In this document: piece by piece, positions 36,416-51,329 of the stretch | How the letters are laid out: each line of letters starts with the position of its first letter | How positions within the stretch are numbered: the stretch's first letter is position 1 | Origin: Azolla caroliniana | Taxonomy: Eukaryota > Plantae > Polypodiophyta | Direction of reading: 5' to 3' | Assembly (NCBI GenBank): GCA_043228905.1 | Contig: JBHGNT010000002.1 | Span: 6,820,001-6,884,000 of the forward strand | DNA: 64,000 nucleotides | The notes under the pieces: model-generated | Database searches by the model: none | Seen by the model: the letters and a program-made list of their open reading frames with translations, nothing else | Told to the model about the DNA's origin: nothing | Position numbers and translations under genes: made by a program

Positions 36416-38503
36416 TCATGAACATGGAATTGGGAACCGAAAAGTCACTCACGAACCTCGTGATGAAGACCTCAAACAAGGATTTACACAAAATATTGAA
36501 ACAAAATTATATTAAGATTTTGTAAGCAATAGTAAGTTTTAGAGAGTGCAGGTATAACGAGAAAATGCTCGGCTCTGTTACATGGAGTGAACAAGTGATA
36601 GAAGAAGGATATGAATAAGATAGGAAAAAATGGAAAGGATAAGATCCAGAAGAGCTTTGGGGGATATCCTCAAGTTTTGGTAACGACCGTCGACATCTCA
36701 ACAAATAACAACCATGTCACCTTTTGTCGTTGTTGATCTTGCACGCCCTCTTGATTCACAACCCTAGCTCTTTCTCTAGAATTTGGCTATGTCCCTCCAC
36801 ACAATGAGCTCTCATCCATTTTTTATAGGATTCAAGATGCTCTCTCTTGAAAAAAATTAGTGGGTGTTTTTTTATTTTAGCATGCACCATGTTTTTTTCT
36901 CCCACTTGCATGCTCTACTTTTCCTTTTGGCACTTGATGCTAGCAAAAAGATAATCATGATGTTTACCTTTCCACTCATAGCTCATGTTTTTACCAATGA
37001 GCTAAGACTTTTTAATGTCTTTAAATGCAACTCATTAATTGTCCTTCATACCACACCCTCAATCTATCATTCAGTCTTTTTTATATTCCTAGTTTAACTT
37101 ATTTCCTCTATGCATTTCCCACATCACACACCGTAGGATTTTTATTGTATGCAAAGCATGGCAAAGCACTAGCAACCGATACATCTTGGTTACCACTAAT
37201 TATTGTATAAATTGGTTGGTAAACAAATTGCTCGAGGACAACACAACTTCCTCAATTACATGCTTCATCTTTGAAGAGTATTTGTTGTTAGTTCATTGTC
37301 TTGTTGCATTGCCTGTTAGCAACTAACAAAGTTGTTACATCGACCATCTCGTTTGGGAGGCCAAAAATTGATATGTCATTGTCAATGATTGTTAGTATGA
37401 TGTACTATGCACAAGCAAACAATGTGGCTAAATTGATAAATAAGAAGTTTCAAAATATTTTGAAGTAAGCCACCAATTAAAATAGAATAGATGATAACTA
37501 AAAATTGATTTGTGCATCGAGTGCACTCTAACAAGCTACAATACAAGTGTATGGGCAATGCCATTCTATCTAGCATAAATTAGACGCTAGGCAACGATGC
37601 CCCTCGAATTTGAAGTATGACGCCTTCAAATCCAATTAAAAAGAAATACCAAATGAAGATATGTCCCTATATGTCAAGGGAAAAGTGCAATTTGTGCAAC
37701 TTGGTAAGGACTATATTGAATGCATGATGTGACTCAAACTTCTCCAACAATGTCAAAATGGTGTCATAGACTAGCACTAGTGTTGGAACACGGTGTGAAC
37801 CATCACCAAAACAATATGGTTTACAGTCATGATTATATGAATATTGGATAGGAAGATCAATCGTCTTTACACATGTGCATTTTACAAACATTGTAAATAC
37901 TCATGTGTATTCACACTTAGGATAGGAACTGGATGAAACAAGTTGTTGCAAAAATACTTTGAACCTAGTCTATAACTCTTAAACAAAGACATGAATGCCA
38001 AATGGTTGATAAGGGAGGATGCAATTTAGTTTTATTTCTAACTAATTATCCTATGATCAAAGAATGTAATCAAAATCTAATACTACCACAATTTTCTCTC
38101 GTGCATTAATGGTCTATCGTCATCTTATCAAATACTATATTGTCTCGTAATCTTGTTCAAATTGTACTTGCTCTTATCACTTTTGGCCATATATCAGTTG
38201 AAATTCCCCTGAGGTTTCCAAATAGGTTTAATTTATACTAATGATCGAAGATTGTAATCAAAATCCACTAAATTAATGCTTCGATTTGTATTCCCATCGG
38301 CATACAAGGTCTTTCTCATGTGGATGAGATGGGACAAGATCCCACTTCTCGTTGTCATAAAGGTCTTGCATCTCTTCATTCATTGCTTTAACCAATTCAC
38401 CACCTTCAGGCACTTTTGTTAAGCTTTAGATCTCGAAGATGGTCTCTTCATTGTGAAGTAGTGTTGTGCCATGTATCTTAACAATTGAACCTAGTACAAA
38501 TTT

Positions 38504-38700
38504 TGTTGGGATAGTTGGTCCCTCCGGATGGGATGTGCAAAAAAGTTGGATCCAAACAAGGAGTCGGATCTTCCGGAAGACATCCAGCCGGATCTGGACA
38601 AGTAGACGGCTAGCAGTCGAACTACCCAATCTTGAGGCCGAATACAGGATATCACATGTCCACATCTATGTAAAGGTTTAATCCAATTTGTACTCCAATC
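38504..38700 (+). mobile_element. Fragment of a family A-like copia LTR
   Basis: TGTTGGGATAGTTGGTCCCTCCGGATGGGA matches the LTR start at 2570; the right end is not defined. Confidence 0.6.
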
Positions 38701-39049
38701 ATAGGACATGCCATATTGCAATGCACAATTAGAATATCACTTATCCATGTTTGTGCTCCCTTTCACATCCATTTGAGAATTTCAACCTTTATACATTGAA
38801 GGTCTCTTACCTTTTGAGAGGTGAATTTCTTAAACCCTCTTTACATACATCTTGAATTGTAAAGAATGTGCGCATTGTGAAAGAGAACCATAACCATAAG
38901 GCATCATTATTTTAGGTATTTAATTGCTCATATAAGTTCTTACAATGCATGGATGAGTCAATAAGAGTAAAGTCACCATAAGTCACATATTTTTTTGGAT
39001 AAGAAGAATGAATCGAGTGTGTCATTATTCTAAACACAAAAGTACTACA

Positions 39050-39350
39050 AGTTGACATGTTATGTGTGACATGAAGAATTATGGCTAAGAAAACTTCTAC
39101 TAAAAATCAAGATACCAATGTGGATAATATGTGAAACTCAACTTTATATTGTTATTGTAAACAAAGTCAATGTTTCATGGCTAGACCAAACATTTTGAGA
39201 TAGTATAATGCCACATTCAAGAACTCATTTTGAAGTAGATAATTATGTTGGAGTATTGTCTTTTAGAGGATAATTGTGTAGATCTCTTCACAAAGTCCTT
39301 GCCAACTTAGCATATTAAGAAGCTACTTCGAATCATTCAAGCATGGGAAC
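39050..39350 (+). mobile_element. Old copia RNase H relic
   Basis: Degenerate HAR-KH-like stretch near 39175-39230 and DLFTKSL near 39280-39300. Confidence 0.5.
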
Positions 39351-39417
39351 ACTAATAAGGCAAATGAAAAAGAAGGTGATTAATGTGGAAAGTTTGCAAG
39401 TGGATAATTCAAGATTC

Positions 39418-42400
39418 TTTTTTTTCCAAAAGAAGAATATACTCCATTAGTTAAAATGACATACAATACACAACTTTAGACATTACCTACTTCCATATGG
39501 ACTACATCACTTATTTATCTTACACTAAATAGCCCACATGTTTGTTCTCCGTGTTTGTCGTGTCATTCACACCCCTCTATCATCTAATGGGAGGGGGGAA
39601 CAACCATCTCGGTACTACATACTGCCATCGTATATCCACTCCAATTTCTATAGCCATCGGTGTAGTACACCATCGTTTTTTGAATTTCAGCCTCATTAAA
39701 TCTGAAGCATCATCTGTTCCATCAATCCACTCATATTGGGCCCTCAATGTAGTTATTAGCATGTGCCATATTAGCTTAATAGATTCTGCTAGAGGCCGTT
39801 TGTTTGCTGAAAATACCCTGGTACATCTTGCGGTCCAAATGTTCCATATGATAATGGGTGCTAGCAACATCCATAGATCTACAATTTTCTGCTTCTGGGC
39901 ATTACTTCTAGGTGCACTGTTACCAGCGATCACTAGAATAGTTCCATTCTCCCCTCTGTACATAGTTGTACATGTGCTATCAAATTTCTCTACGTCATCA
40001 TCAAGACAATTCCAACAAGCATGTCCCCAATTGAGGGTAAATGAGCTAGAGGCATGGCAAAGCAATCGTAATGCCCTTCTCCATACTACCGTAGCCTCAT
40101 GACATTCCCAAAGACAATGGGAAATGCTTTCTAGTTGTCCACATGCACTACATCTTGGGTCTACATTGGAGCCTTTATCCCACGCCCCTACTAGCAAGGC
40201 TCTATGCACAATAAGCCATAAGCACATCATTATCTTGCGGTCACCGCTGTCATGCCATATCATTTTACAGAATTTAGCTAATCTCCTTTCACTAATGCCC
40301 GCTTGTATCCAAAATTTATGAGTTGCAATATCTTGGTGTTCTTGTTTTAGGATAATTTGCCTCCCGATTTTCGTGTTGTACCTGAAAAATTGCACCAACT
40401 TGGCACCATCACTTGGACCTTGAGTTTTCCAGAAATACATCGCGGGTTCCCATGATAGCTAATTTGAATGCCCTTCTATCGGCCAACACATTGTCGTTGG
40501 TTTGAGCTCACTCGGTTCAGGGTCAACTATCATAGCCTTTCCATTTTTTGTAAGCAACCTAATCGGCCTTTCAGTTTGATAGGCTGGTCACTCACATATT
40601 ACCCTTCTATGCTCTATTTTGTAGTATCATGCCTCATTAGAGCCAGCTTTCGTTCCCTTAATTCTGATTATATAATTTTCAGCATCGATAAGTCCTGTCC
40701 ATTCCATTTTAGAGGGTTGCATCTTCCAAGATTTGCCCGTTGCGTGCAAAGGCATATGTAATCCTCATTAGCATGCATTTACCCATGTTTATCCTCCATA
40801 TTCTCGCCTTTTGAGTGCCCACATCATTACGTAGAAATCTCTTCCAATTTGCCAATGTATTCCCTTGGGCATTGATTAAATTGGCCCATTTGAAACCTGT
40901 TTTTTGTCCTATCATCAGCCCATCCACATCTCTAATTAATGGGTTCCAAATAATAGGCATGTACATTCGAGCATATGCATCATTGCTCCACCTATAAACG
41001 ATTCCCTTTCTTATTCCATTCCATGCCTTCATAATTCCAACAACACATATACTATGTGTACATCCCCGGTATTTGGGTTGCATTTCAGGCACAAACCCCC
41101 CAAAAGGGCTACTTGGCCAACTTCCACCATATCTTGGCAACCACATCTTCCATCTGCGTCGCTAGAGAATTTTCCAAGGTGCCTCAGGTGGTTGCAAGCT
41201 CCTGACCACCAATTTGCCTAGCAAAGCCTTCGTTTGCACCACAGGATCTATTAGTCCCACCCCACCTTCACTTTTATCTTTTATGAGTGTAGTCCATGCA
41301 ACCTTTGCACAAGCATGTTTTTCCTCGGTGCCCCCCCATAAGAAATTTCTGATCAACCTTTTTATCAATTTCATCGACTTGGGTGCGATTATCCAACATG
41401 TCGTAGTATGCCATATTGTAGCCATTAGCACCTGATTTGCAATCACAATCTTGGTTGCAAAGGATAATTTTCTTGCATTCCACCATATTAGCTTCGCTTT
41501 TATTTTGTCCACAAGTAGAGTGTAGTGTTCTGAGTGATCAATGTCCATCCCGATTTTGAAACCCAAGTATTTAGTAGCTTCTCCTCTCCTCAACCATCTG
41601 AAATTAGGGTCTGGAGCCCAATTTACCACAGGCTTATTGCTAATCCAAATGCCCACTGATTTATTCCAGTTTATATTCACACCCGACCCCCTACAAAACT
41701 CATTTATTGCACTTTGTAGTCTGTCCAAGTTGTTTGCATCCCCCTTAACATAAATTGTTGTATCATCAGCATATTCTGCATCAAGCATCATTCCTGCATC
41801 CTCGGGTAGGGGAAGGCCTTGTATTTGCCAATATCTATCACTAATCTGATAATGCAATGCTTCCGCTGCAATAATGAATAGGTACGGGGCCAATGGGCAT
41901 CCTTGGTGTATCGATCGTGTCATCCTAAAGCTCTTCCCCAAGCTTCCAGCCATTAAAACCTGGCTGGAAGCATCCCTATAAAAGGCAGCCAATCCAAGGA
42001 TCCATTGTTGCTCGAAGCCTAGGGCAGCCATCACTGCTTCTAGGAATTCCCATGAGATCCTGTCATATGCTTTTTCGAAATCGAGTAACATTACTGCTAG
42101 GTCCACTTCTTGCTCCTCTGCCCATGCTAAATAAGTCTCCCAAAAAGTTATCACATTGTCAACAATGCTCCGGTTTTCGAGGAAGCCAGTTTGCGTTGTA
42201 TGTATTATGTCCCCTAGGACCGTTTTCAATCGACTACTTACAACTTTAGCCACGATCTTATAGGCATTAGTGAGAATCGTCAAAGGTCGCCAATTATCAA
42301 GCATAGTTAGATCTTTCCCATCCTTGGGAATTAAATAAATCATTCCTTGACACATTGTCGGAGGCATTAAACCTTCAACCATAATGTATTGCATCCCATC

Positions 42401-43760
42401 CAACATGTCATCCTTAATTAGATCCCAATATTTGATGTAAAAATATATAGGGAGTCCATCTATGCCTGCACAACTTTGTTTGTTCATATCTGAAATTGCA
42501 TCCCACAATTCTTGTATACAAATAGGGGTATTTAGACGGTCCATCATTTGAGCGGAAACTCTCTTCGGTATCCTATTTATTATATTTCTAAAGGCATTCT
42601 GCTCAATATGTTCCTCGTTGCATACATTCAGTAGTTGCATATAATAGCTCGTGACCATTTCAAGCATTTCCTCCGTGAACGTGGTCATTGTGCCATCTGT
42701 CTTTTTCAAACATGAAGGTTGGGTCCCAAAGCCTTTGCATTTTACAGCTTCAAAAAAACCTTTCGTAACACGGTCTCCTACCCTCATCCAATTTACTGCT
42801 TTACTACGATAGGCATTAGTAGTCCTTAGTTTCTGATACATATCTAGTTTGCATTTTGCCTCCTCTAGTTGGGCCTCAATCCATACATTATTCGGGTATT
42901 GTTCTCTTAGTCGCTGCATAGAAGCGAGTGTCCATTGCATTCTTTGTAGTTTTTCCTTCATCTCCTTTCTAATTTCAGTTGCTTTCTTCCGAAAGAAACA
43001 TGCACATTCCTCAATTTTCCCAGCCAGCCTATGAGCGGGATCATGATACATCCATTTGACATTAGACCATAGTCTTCTTATATCATTAGTCCATTTATTG
43101 TCAATGACCAACTCCTTGCTCACCTTCACATTATGTGGATTGCATCGACTGTTTTCTTTTATATGTAACAAGACATGTGCATGGTCTGAGAACATCGTTC
43201 CAGGACAAATTATGCATTTGCCTTTCATATCTATGAGCCGAGGGTCCAAATACCATTTGTCCAACCTGGACATTGTCCTCCCATGAACGCTTCATCCTAC
43301 TCTAGAGTATAGAAGAGATTTTTCTTTTTGCATTTGAAAGTTAGATGCATTCCAACAATCTATCACATTATATGCTAAACAAAACTTATCCCATGCATCT
43401 TTTTCCGCCCCTTGCACCGTGCCATTTGCATTTCTACTTTTATCTTCTTGTTGCTCCACCATATTAAAATCTCCTCCAATGATCCACAGATCTGCATTTG
43501 GTTTCTTGTCCACTAGTTGCAACCAGAATTCCTTTCTTTTAGTAGCAGAATTTGGGGCATATATGTTCAGTATGCCCAAGTGCCCATATCTATGTTTTCT
43601 CCTTCATGTAAGACATGAACCACATGGCAAATCAAATCAAATGGTGTGGTTGGTACAAGTTTTGCCCCAATGGTGAACATTGGGTTTCTTTTATTGCGTT
43701 TTCTATGCATAGCATTTGTTCATGCATCCTCCTGTTATGCAGTATCAAGAAATGCCCTAA
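39418..43760 (-). mobile_element. L1-clade LINE, 5'-truncated, ORF2 pseudogene (APE endonuclease, RT, zinc knuckle)
   Basis: APE motifs NIYAPN, IIGGDFN, SRLD, SDH; RT motifs NWRPLT, LDFEKAYD, QGCPLAP, YADD, KYLG (41162-43273); CSACGQLESISHCLWEC (39580-40440). Poly(A) tail seen as T8 at 39418-39425. Confidence 0.93.
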
Positions 43761-44290
43761 GGCTATACATAAAAGATGTACATTTCAGTAACAAGCCCCT
43801 TTCTAAATTCTAATCATTGTCTTAAATAAATACTTTGGTGTAGAATAGAGTATAGAACCTTCCACCTTATCATAAATCTGTCTATAAAATATTCCTTTGT
43901 CCCAGATGCCATGAAACTCCAATCGTTTGAGCTCTACATGTTGCTTATTACCTTTTATGGTATCCAAAGAACCTTTTACATATGGCCTTGTTATGAGAAC
44001 TTTATCATGGGAATTCACGTTTGTGTTTCCTTTGTCATTAGTCCTCCTTTGAAACTTGGGGTCCTCATGGCTTCATCCCTCTAGGAGTATCTAGTATGAT
44101 AAAGTACTCTAGTATTACAAAAATTCATCCCTTTCATGATCATTGCAATGTTAGCCACAACTTATATATTAAACTTTTTATCTTTGCAAAATCTAGTAGC
44201 ATCATGAATTCTTGACTTGCTTTTAGAATTGCCTCTTAGAGACATCTTATTTCAAAAACCAATTGTGGAAAGTAATATATAAAATTCTAA

Positions 44291-44560
44291 AAGTAGGGAG
44301 TTATTTGATTGGACACAGTGGCTTTAGTTTTATGAAGCTTCACATTGTATGTGCATTTCTTGTTATTATTAGCTTATGCTTACTTCGTCCATTTCTACTA
44401 ATTATCCTCTCAAATATACTCCCTCAAGTAGGGAGTTATTTGATTTGATACAATGGCTTTAGTTTTATGAAGCTTCACATTATATGTGCACTTCTTGTTA
44501 TTATTGGCTTATGCTTACTTCGTCCATTTCTACTAATTATCCTCTCAAATATGCTCCCTC
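44291..44560. repeat. 135-bp tandem duplication
   Basis: AAGTAGGGAGTTATTTGATT... starts at 44291 and 44426. Confidence 0.9.
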
Positions 44561-46627
44561 TCAACTTGGTTTCTAAAATCAATGTTCATCACCATGTTTC
44601 CAAAGACAAGTATGGGTACTTTGAGCACACATTCTCAAGCTTTCAAATTCTATTTGTAATGGTTCAAATATGTGTGCTTTGGACATAATGTGTCATTCTC
44701 AATCTTTCAAATTCAATTTGTAAGAAATATTAAAGTAATTGTTATAGAGTATATTCTATTTTCAAAACACCCTCCAAAACATGATGATAAAGACGTGGGA
44801 TGTATCAATCTACTTTTGATATTTACGATAAGACAAACATAAAACAAACATAAAACAAAAGAGAGTTATTGATTTTGTTGTCCATTAAATAAGGATAACA
44901 GTCAAAGTTGTGAAATATAGATTCTATAAACCAATAAAACAAAATATTGATTGCTCGTCATATCATGTTATACATAATGAAATCGTAATATTCTAGTTTT
45001 ATTGAAGTCAAGGGAACATTGCTAATGAAGGTTTTCAATTGTATTTTCTTTGTATCCTATATATAGATACAATATCATTCTGATGTATGATACACTTAGG
45101 CATCATATATCAAGAAAGGAATATAGAGGGAAACTGTGTAATCTAAGGAGAGTCAAGCATTCATAATATCGTAGTAAAGAAATAAGTTACAAAAGTTATT
45201 TCTTTACATTATTTGTGTCATGTACACTTCCCTTCCATAAATGACAAGTTATGGACAACCTCTAACCATTCAATTGGTGCATCATGCGCATAATGTAGTT
45301 AAACACAATACCTAAAGTACATCCATGGACATAATTACCACATGATTATGAATCACTGACAAAAGTAAATGCACAAGACGTCAATGTTTTGGTTTGGTGT
45401 GAGGGCTCAGGGGGGCAATAGGGGTAGCAAGAGCAATTTGTGTGAACCAAAACATTGTTTTGAAGAGATTGAAAGAATGAGTAGGCTTTTGAATAAGATT
45501 CGGTCATCAACCTAAGTATTTACTAGAAAAGAGGATTGATGAGTTAGGTTGTTTAATTATTGTGATAATTTTGTTCATCAATGTGTCTCATTATATCTGA
45601 TTACCATGATAATTGGTGGTGACCTAGCTTTTCCAAGTGAAAAATTCCCACTTAAGCATTCTTGAAATGCCAAAAATTCCACAAAAACTTCAATGATATT
45701 AAAAATAAATATAAGTGAATTGAAGACTTTTAGCATTAATAAATGAGCAAGAACCAAACTCTTTTTTGGTAATTCATCATGGGCTCCTAATGTGAGGTTA
45801 TTACAAGGTATGTATGGGATCCAACCAGTTAAAACAAGAGATGTGTAAAACATCGAGCTTCAAGGGTGGGATATGACTCCGTGTTCATCATAAAATCTAT
45901 TCCTTGTTTGAATGGAGTATGATATGTTCTGTGGGAACATATTGAAGCAACGCAACATTGAACTTGCTACAACAAATACTTGATTATAGGAGTTCTCATA
46001 AGGTTTATTGTAGGATAATATTCTTTGAGCAATTCATTGAATTTGTTGGGGTACATGTTGGAACTTTCTAAAAATGTGGGCCAAAACAAAGATCACGGTT
46101 AAACATCATGTATGAAATAGTGACACTACTAGAACTTGGCCAAACTACTCAATTATACATGGCACTCCCATACAAGGCTTACATATATTGTATACTTAAT
46201 GGTTGAAAAGATTGGAAACGCAACATGCATGAGGAACTAAACCCATTGTTTGAACCCATCGATTTCTTGTAAAATTCATATGCATGAAAGCTAGTGGATA
46301 TACGGGAACTACAAGCAATTGATGCTAAAAAAATGCTCTGTTGATGGTCTAATTAACCTATAGGTTTCCAAAGAATGCATCAAAGTCAGTTTGTATTCGA
46401 AGTTTCCAAACAAAGATACTAGCTACCACTAGCAGGCGTGGTCGACAAAGAGAGAGGTTTTGAATCGAGGGATACATACCTCAAGCGAAGATTCATCGAA
46501 TCCGTATATAAATTTGTCGGAAGTTTTAGTTCTTCAATCGACTTTGTATATAAAGTTGTCGGAATATTTAGCGCTTCAATCTTAGATCCATCCGTATAAA
46601 ACTTTGTGGGAATATTTAGCTAATTTG

Positions 46628-46648
46628 CATACATACACACACACACAC

Positions 46649-46689
<41 letters not shown>

Positions 46690-46750
46690 TACATACATAC
46701 ATACATACATACATACATACATACATACATACATACATACATACATACAT
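46628..46750. repeat. Compound (CA)n/(ACAT)n microsatellite upstream of PDK
   Basis: Directly visible. Confidence 0.95.
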
Positions 46751-48286
46751 GTTGATGTAAAATAGGACATGTACATATGTCTATCCATACATATATGTAC
46801 ATAACTAGCTATATCTAGATCAGATTGGATATCAGAACAAAAAAAAAAACCAGAGAGAATTGGAACAAACACACACACATACATACAATATACACACAAA
46901 AAGCAGAGAGAATTGGAACAAACACACACCCAAAAGAAAAAAAGCAGGAAGATTTGGATATAAATCTCTCTGTAGACCTTTTGTTGGATTCTATTACATT
47001 ATTCCCCATCCAATTATGGACCAGAAGCTCCTATGTAACACTCGATCTGCTCTGCGCTCGTTTAGGTTCTGGAAGACTTCATCTGGTCAAGGTTCAGACC
47101 CCTGCCTTTCTACTGCAGCACACCCACACTCAGGCAAGCAAATCTTCGCCATTGATTCTTCTTCTGCTCAATGGATCCTCGTTTAAATTGTGTTTTTGAT
47201 TTCTGGGTTGTTGATGAATCTCGTTATTTAATAATGGAGTTTCTCTTCCAAATGTGTTGTTAAATCCAGTTCTTGCATGATGGGCGTTCTTCTAAATTTG
47301 TTGGATGAATCGTGTTTTCTGACAATGGGTTGTTGATATACTGAGCTCTTTGAGGATGAATTTTTAATCTTCTTGTTTTTGCTTCAATATCTAGGGTTTC
47401 TATAGTGATTTTTCCTCAAATTTCTTGTTCGTAATCCAATTTCAATGTCAAATTTCTACCTTTTAATCTCCATGTGCACATGTCAATTTCTGTGAATGGA
47501 TCCTCATCAAACCGGGCATTTAATGATGGAACATTGTGGTTTTCCCTCGAGCATTTACTTCCTAATGCATTGTAGCTTGCACTTCTGCTCTTTATTGACT
47601 ATATCCATGCAGTTATCTTCGTAAAACTATGATTCAGTTGATGGTTTCACAATAAATCTAGTTTTTTCTTGTTATGATGTGTAGCCATGAAATCGAGTTT
47701 TTTAATGACTTTATTCCTCAAATTTCTAGTTGGAAATCAATTCTAACTTTCATATCTGCTCCTCAATGATAATAGCCACATGCATTCTTTTAATATGCAT
47801 GATTACTGATCGTGGGCTCTCATGCAATCAAGTTTCTGTGCAATGGGTTTGTTGCTACAGTTCGTGGATAGTAATGAATTTTAATGGTGTTTGTTTTCCC
47901 TCAATTTGTAGGTAATAATGGTGTTTTTGTTCTTTACTGGACCTAAAAAATGCACATGCTTCTCTTATATTCCTTATAAATCATGATTGTGGGTCCTCAC
48001 GAAAACCTGTCTTTGATAATGAATAGCTACTAAATCAAGTTTCTAATGACTGTTTTCCTCTCTCAAATTTATATTCGATATTTTCCATATTAGCTTCAAG
48101 ATCTGCTATTTAATGGCTGTATATAGATTCTTATCTTATAATATTTATGGTTTCTGATGATGGAAATTTAATGATGTTTCTTTGTCCTTAAAAATTTGCT
48201 GTTAACAATCCACATTTTTATTTTATGCAGGAGAAGCTATTTTAATTTTGATACCAGAGATGTTAATTTCGTAGTATTTGTATGTG

Positions 48287-50670
48287 ATGGCTCTTCGAAG
48301 GATCACCAATAGTGCATCTAGGACTCTAGCGGAGGATATTCAGAGGTGCAGCCTGAAGAAACAGATAGGGGTGAGCCTAAAGTATATGATGGACTTTGGT
48401 GCTTTTCCAACCAAGAAGAACCTCCTTGTTTCAGCAGCTCAGTTTCTTCACAAAGAATTACCCGTTCGGCTTGCCCATCGAGTCATTGAGCTTGAGAATC
48501 TACCTCATGGACTCTCCACCAAGGGCCCTGTTCTCAAAGTTAGTGATTGGTCATAGTCTTAATGTTGATTTAGTCCCAACAATTAAACACATTAAATCTT
48601 CATGTTAACTCTAAAGGCTGGTGTTGGAAAAATCTATAAACGGTCATAATTTCAGCTGCTCTGTTCCACCAGTAAGTTCGCTTTAGTTTAGAACTGTAAT
48701 AATGTCCCTAGACATCCAGATTGACTCTTGTACTAATGTCCAACCTAACGTTTAATGTCCATAATAAGAGATCATAACTCTAATATTTGAATACACGTGT
48801 AGATTCCGATGGTGTTTAGTGCTATAATTGGTATCAGAACTTCTAATGATGTTTGGCCAAGTTAATGTAAATATTGACCCTTGACATATATTGCCAAAAT
48901 TGGTAGGTCAAAGACTGGTACGTTGATTCCTTTCGTGACCTCCGGAATTTCCCAGAAATCGTTGATCAAAAGGATGAATCAGCATTCACAGATTTGATCC
49001 ATCAGATTAAGATGCGACATAATGATGTTATGCCCACGATGGCCATGGGAATCCAAGAGTTAAAAGAAGAGTTGGGCCGAAAAGTGGGGCTAAACGAGCT
49101 TCCCGAGATCCATCAGTTTCTGGATCGATTTTATATGTCTCGAATAGGTATACGGATGCTAATAGGTGAGTGTTAATAAGAAGAATCTTTGTTTTCTATT
49201 TATGGTACATTTGAGGGCCGGCAAATCATCCTGCCCTCAATCATTCTTTTACGTTTAACTTGTTTGTAAATTTAGAGTAAACAGATCGTTTCATCAACTT
49301 AGAGAAAAGCCAAATTGTTTTCTTTATCTGTTAGGTCAACATGTTGCATTGCATCGCGTTGATCCACCACCAGGATTTATTGGCCTTATATGCACTCAAG
49401 TATCACCAGTAGAGGTTGCCCAGAATGCAATCGATGATGCCCGATCCTCTTGCATGCGGACATATGGAACTGCACCTGAGGTGCACGTTTATGGTGATTC
49501 CAACTTTACATTTGCGTAAGTTGGTACATCTTAGATGAAGACACTAGAATATTCTAAGCTTTTCAATTGAAGATAACAGAGGGCTGTACTGCTCATTTAA
49601 AACTTAACAGAGTGTCCTGGAGAGTACCCAAAAAGCGAGAATACATTGGTGTTTTTGGGCATTCTTTTTTGTGTATTTATATGTTTAACCGAAAAAATGC
49701 GTTTCCGAAACCTCAATAACATCAATGTATTCTGGTTGGTTAGGTATGTTCCTGCGCACTTGCATCAGATGGTGTTTGAGCTGGTTAAAAATTCTCTTCG
49801 TGCAGTTGAAGAGCGATACATGGATACAGATCAGGAGAGTCCGCCGATTAGAGTTGTAGTTGCGGATGGCATTGAGGATGTCACAATCAAGGTAAGTTTT
49901 CAATGTATGTTTATATATATGTGTGTGTGTATATATATAATATAAACAATTTAAATGATCATTTTTTCTCTTGTTGTGCAAAGGTGCAATGTTGGCATCG
50001 TCCAAAACAAGTTTTGTTTATGGATTAAATGCCTTCATTTAAAAATATCTCCATTTTCCCAATGTTGAGGATAAAAATGCTTCCTTGCATGTTTTTACCA
50101 GATTTCTGATGAAGGTGGCGGTATTCCAAGGAGTGGAACTTCCAAAATTTGGACCTATTTGTATAGTACTGCCAAGAGTCCCATTGCAAATGATAGGAAA
50201 CATTTCCAAGACACGCCACAAATAATGGCGGGATATGGCTATGGCCTTCCTATCAGTAGGCTTTATGCGAAGTATTTTGGAGGAGATTTGCAGATCATCT
50301 CAATGGAAGGCTACGGTAAATTGATGAAAGACATTTTTGTTTTTTCTATTAGTGTTTTTATGCATGTAATAATAATGCATGAAAGGTTGCATAATGGTGT
50401 GTGCTTTATATGGTCAAGTATTGAATGTAAGATGATTAGATCCCCTTTGTCACTCTCTTGAGTCCCAACAGTTTCTATCATTCAATGGCTCATTAGCCTA
50501 CACATTGGACCTCTTAGGTGGCTTTGCTTATATAATTCACAAAAGGAGGAAGTTATGTTTTGAAATGAGAATGATTCTTGAGTTATTACCAAATCTTTCT
50601 TGGATATGCAGGTACCGATGCTTACCTTCATTTGAATAGGCTGGGCAATGTACAAGAGCCATTACATTGA
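48287..50670 (+). CDS. PDK: Mitochondrial pyruvate dehydrogenase kinase, 6 coding exons, 370 aa
   Basis: Exons 48287-48538, 48907-49165, 49335-49515, 49744-49891, 50102-50315, 50612-50670 (1113 nt, GT-AG). Motifs [79 protein letters not shown]. Probable 5'-UTR intron ~47092-48230. Confidence 0.96.
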
Positions 50671-51329
50671 GGCATCAAATTGTGTCACAATTTTTGCCAG
50701 GGATCAATAATTTTGATTCTTTTGATAGCCTTGTATGTTAAATTTGAAGACTGTAACGGGTTCTATTTAGGAAATTGTATATCCAACCTTTTTATATTAA
50801 ATTTAAGATTCTGTGACACACAATCTTCTATTTGAAAAGAAAAGTTTATCTGACTGTTTTATATTAATCAAAGATTGTAATAGTTTTCTATTCAAAATAA
50901 TTGCTACTAAGCTCCATTAAGAGAGGAAATCATCTGATTATGGATTGATCTACTCGTATTGCTATCCTCAAATGAAGAAAAAGGTGCAGCTTCATTGAAG
51001 CATTTGCCTTTTTGGTATATCTCTAAACTTTTTTTCTTCAGATTGACATTTTCATACACTTGGTGTGATTTACATTTGAGTTTTGTCATTCTCAAGTATT
51101 CCTAACATGAATTGTTGGGCTCTAATTGCGTCTTAGGATTTGTAATTCCTATATTGTACTATATTGGATTTCAATTTGGTGTATGAGTCAGAACATTGGT
51201 TAGAAACAACTTTATGATCTTTTTAAGAAACATATCATCACCTTATAGTAAGTTTTTCCGTCTCTTGCTACTGCAAGTGAGCTCTCTCTCCATATCTCTC
51301 TAGGGTTTGGCCCCATCCTTGGATAGAAA

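Noticed and set aside
36500-38450. Possible decayed DNA transposase (also 44600-46450 and 54050-56000)
   Set aside because: Composition suggests old TE sequence, but I could not read diagnostic motifs or termini.
46582-46929. Cys/Val/Met/Tyr-rich ORFs
   Set aside because: Translations of microsatellites.
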